A DNA stretch of 64,000 nt from Heteronotia binoei (Eukaryota), in the NCBI RefSeq assembly GCF_032191835.1, contig NC_083224.1, positions 157,728,001 to 157,792,000 of the forward strand, in the 5' to 3' direction. Under the pieces are notes generated by a model. The model was not told the DNA's origin, ran no database searches, and saw only the letters and a list, made by a program, of their open reading frames with translations. Below, in pieces: positions 62,417-64,000 of the stretch; position 1 is the first letter of the stretch, and each line of letters opens with the position of its first letter. The translations under genes and the position numbers were made by a program.

Positions 62417-64000
62417 ATAAACAGGTTGCTTACCTGTAACTGATGATCTTCGAGTGGTCATCTGTGCAGTCACACACATGGGTCTTGCCGCAGGCAACGG
62501 ATCCATACCTCGGAGCTCCAATAGCTCGCCTATAACGTCTTTTGGCGCGCTTCCTCCCGCTCTGGGGAGCAGGCAGCGACCGCGCATGCCTGGAGCGGGG
62601 GGAGAGCGCCCATTCCACTCAGTTTCTTCCAGCCGCCGCCGGCATTGACACTATACAAGGTTAAGCAACAAGTACAAGAGGCCAGCAGCGGGAAAGGCTG
62701 GGTGGGCGTGTGTGACTGCACAGATGACCACTCGAAGATCATCAGTTACAGGTAAGCAACCTGTTTATCTTCTTCGTGGTCTCTGTGCAGTCCCACACAT
62801 GGGTGACTAGCCAGCTAGATGACCTGGAGGAGGGTGCTGGTAAAGAAGAAAGTTAGTCACAGAAACCAATCAGATCACACACAATCACCCATCATGCGAC
62901 ATGGTATGCAGAGAAAAGATGGAAGCGGATGCACTCACCCCTGGCTTCAGTGGAAGATGGATCTGAGGACCGCTTGACCGAAGGAGGCGTCACGTCTCGC
63001 ACGAATGTCCAACGCATAATGGGAGACGAACGTGGATGGAGAGGACCAGGATGCAGCCGCACAAATGTCCTCTAGAGAAACGCCTTGTAGAAAGGCCGAA
63101 GACGTCGAGACCGCTCTAGTAGAGTGGGCCTTAAGGCCTTCGGGCAAAGGCTGTTTAGCCAGTTCGTAGCACAACCTGATGGCACTGACTACCCACTTTG
63201 ACAGACGTTGGGTAGAAATTTTGAGACCCTTGTGAGGGTTTCCATAGGCCACAAACAGGTTAGGGTCCTTACGGAAAGGTTGTGTACGGTCAAGGTAGAA
63301 GGATAAAGCCCTCCTAACATCCAAAGAATGTAGGGCCCGTTGACCCTGGTCGGATGGGTTGGAGAAAAAGGTTGGTAGAGAAGTAGAGGTTGATAGGTGG
63401 AACTGGGAGACAACTTTAGGCAGGAACGCAGGGTCCGGTCGCAAAACAACTTTGTCCTGGTGGAAAATGGTGTAGGGAGGATCGTAGCGGAAGGCGCACA
63501 AGTCACTCGCCCGTTTGCCCGAGGTAAGGGCTACGAGTAATGCTGTCTTCCAGGAAAGAAGGTTGAGGTCTATGGTAGCCATAGGCTCAAAGGGGGCTTT
63601 CATCAGGCAGGAAAGGACCAACGATAAACTCCAAGTCAGAACAAAGGGCTTAACAGGTGGGTTGAGGTGCAACATGCCCTTAAGGAAGGACTTTGATAAA
63701 GGATGGGAGAACACAGTCTTGCCATCGATTGGATTGTGGAAAGCAGAAACCGCAGAAAGGTGAACCTTCAAGGAGGAATAACAGAGACCCGATTTCTGTA
63801 GAGAAAGGAGGTAGTCCAGGATTAGGGGAAGTGGAGCCGTTTCCGGCTGTAGATGAGAAGATGTTGCAAAGGAACAGAAGCGCTTCCATTTACGCTGATA
63901 AGAAAGTCTCGTGGAAGGCTTTCTTGTGTTGAGTATGACATTGGCTACCTCTGTTGAGAGGTAGGTGGATGTATTCTCCAGGCAGCCAGGGCCAGGACTC
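62417..64000 (-). mobile_element. DIRS1-like tyrosine-recombinase retrotransposon, 3' portion (continues beyond the window)
   Basis: YR ORF plus right ITR and internal complementary region: 62417-62477 is a perfect 61-bp inverted copy of 62708-62768, followed by a left-ITR-like segment at 62769-62803. Confidence 0.93.
62947..63999 (-). CDS. DIRS tyrosine recombinase (frame open for at least 350 codons to the window edge)
   Basis: ILNTRKPSTRLSYQRKWKRF, ILDYLLSL, SGKRASDL (R), AHSTRAVS (HxxR), ASWSS and SHYALD (Y); no stop between 63999 and 62950 by manual translation. The apparent pol C-terminus LAAWRI overlaps it and stops at 63945-63947. Confidence 0.9.
   Translation of the reverse strand, partial: SPGPGCLENTSTYLSTEVANVILNTRKPSTRLSYQRKWKRFCSFATSSHLQPETAPLPLILDYLLSLQKSGLCYSSLKVHLSAVSAFHNPIDGKTVFSHPLSKSFLKGMLHLNPPVKPFVLTWSLSLVLSCLMKAPFEPMATIDLNLLSWKTALLVALTSGKRASDLCAFRYDPPYTIFHQDKVVLRPDPAFLPKVVSQFHLSTSTSLPTFFSNPSDQGQRALHSLDVRRALSFYLDRTQPFRKDPNLFVAYGNPHKGLKISTQRLSKWVVSAIRLCYELAKQPLPEGLKAHSTRAVSTSSAFLQGVSLEDICAAASWSSPSTFVSHYALDIRARRDASFGQAVLRSIFH

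Overview
Eukaryotic vertebrate genomic DNA. The SINE/MITE repertoire (Squam3-like, Sauria/5S-derived SINEs, BovB, CR1, L2) points to a squamate reptile, probably a gecko (inference). Two genes lie head-to-head. SLC25A24 (SCaMC-1, or a tandem paralog) is on the minus strand, with exon 1 at 7793-7975 and exon 2 at 1136-1262. FAM102B/EEIG2 is on the plus strand, with exons 1-5 at 29121-29269, 52568-52688, 54674-54703, 56089-56205 and 57129-57175. Both continue outside the window. The rest is a dense, well-preserved transposon collection: a decayed full-length Mag-like Gypsy element nested inside an LTR of its own family, two further solo LTRs, CR1, L2, L1, RTE/BovB and unclassified LINE fragments, a Neptune-type Penelope element with inverted pseudo-LTRs, the 3' end of a DIRS element with an uninterrupted tyrosine recombinase frame, and many hAT MITEs with 8-bp TSDs. 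I found no CRISPR array, rRNA or tRNA gene, and no convincingly novel protein system. The most unusual observations are a 67-bp target-site duplication around an L1, the Gypsy self-nesting, the intact-looking DIRS end, the Penelope inverted structure with a hammerhead-like core, and a strong-Kozak uORF in the FAM102B leader. All alignments and counts were done by eye; repeat family names come from motif recognition, not database searches.
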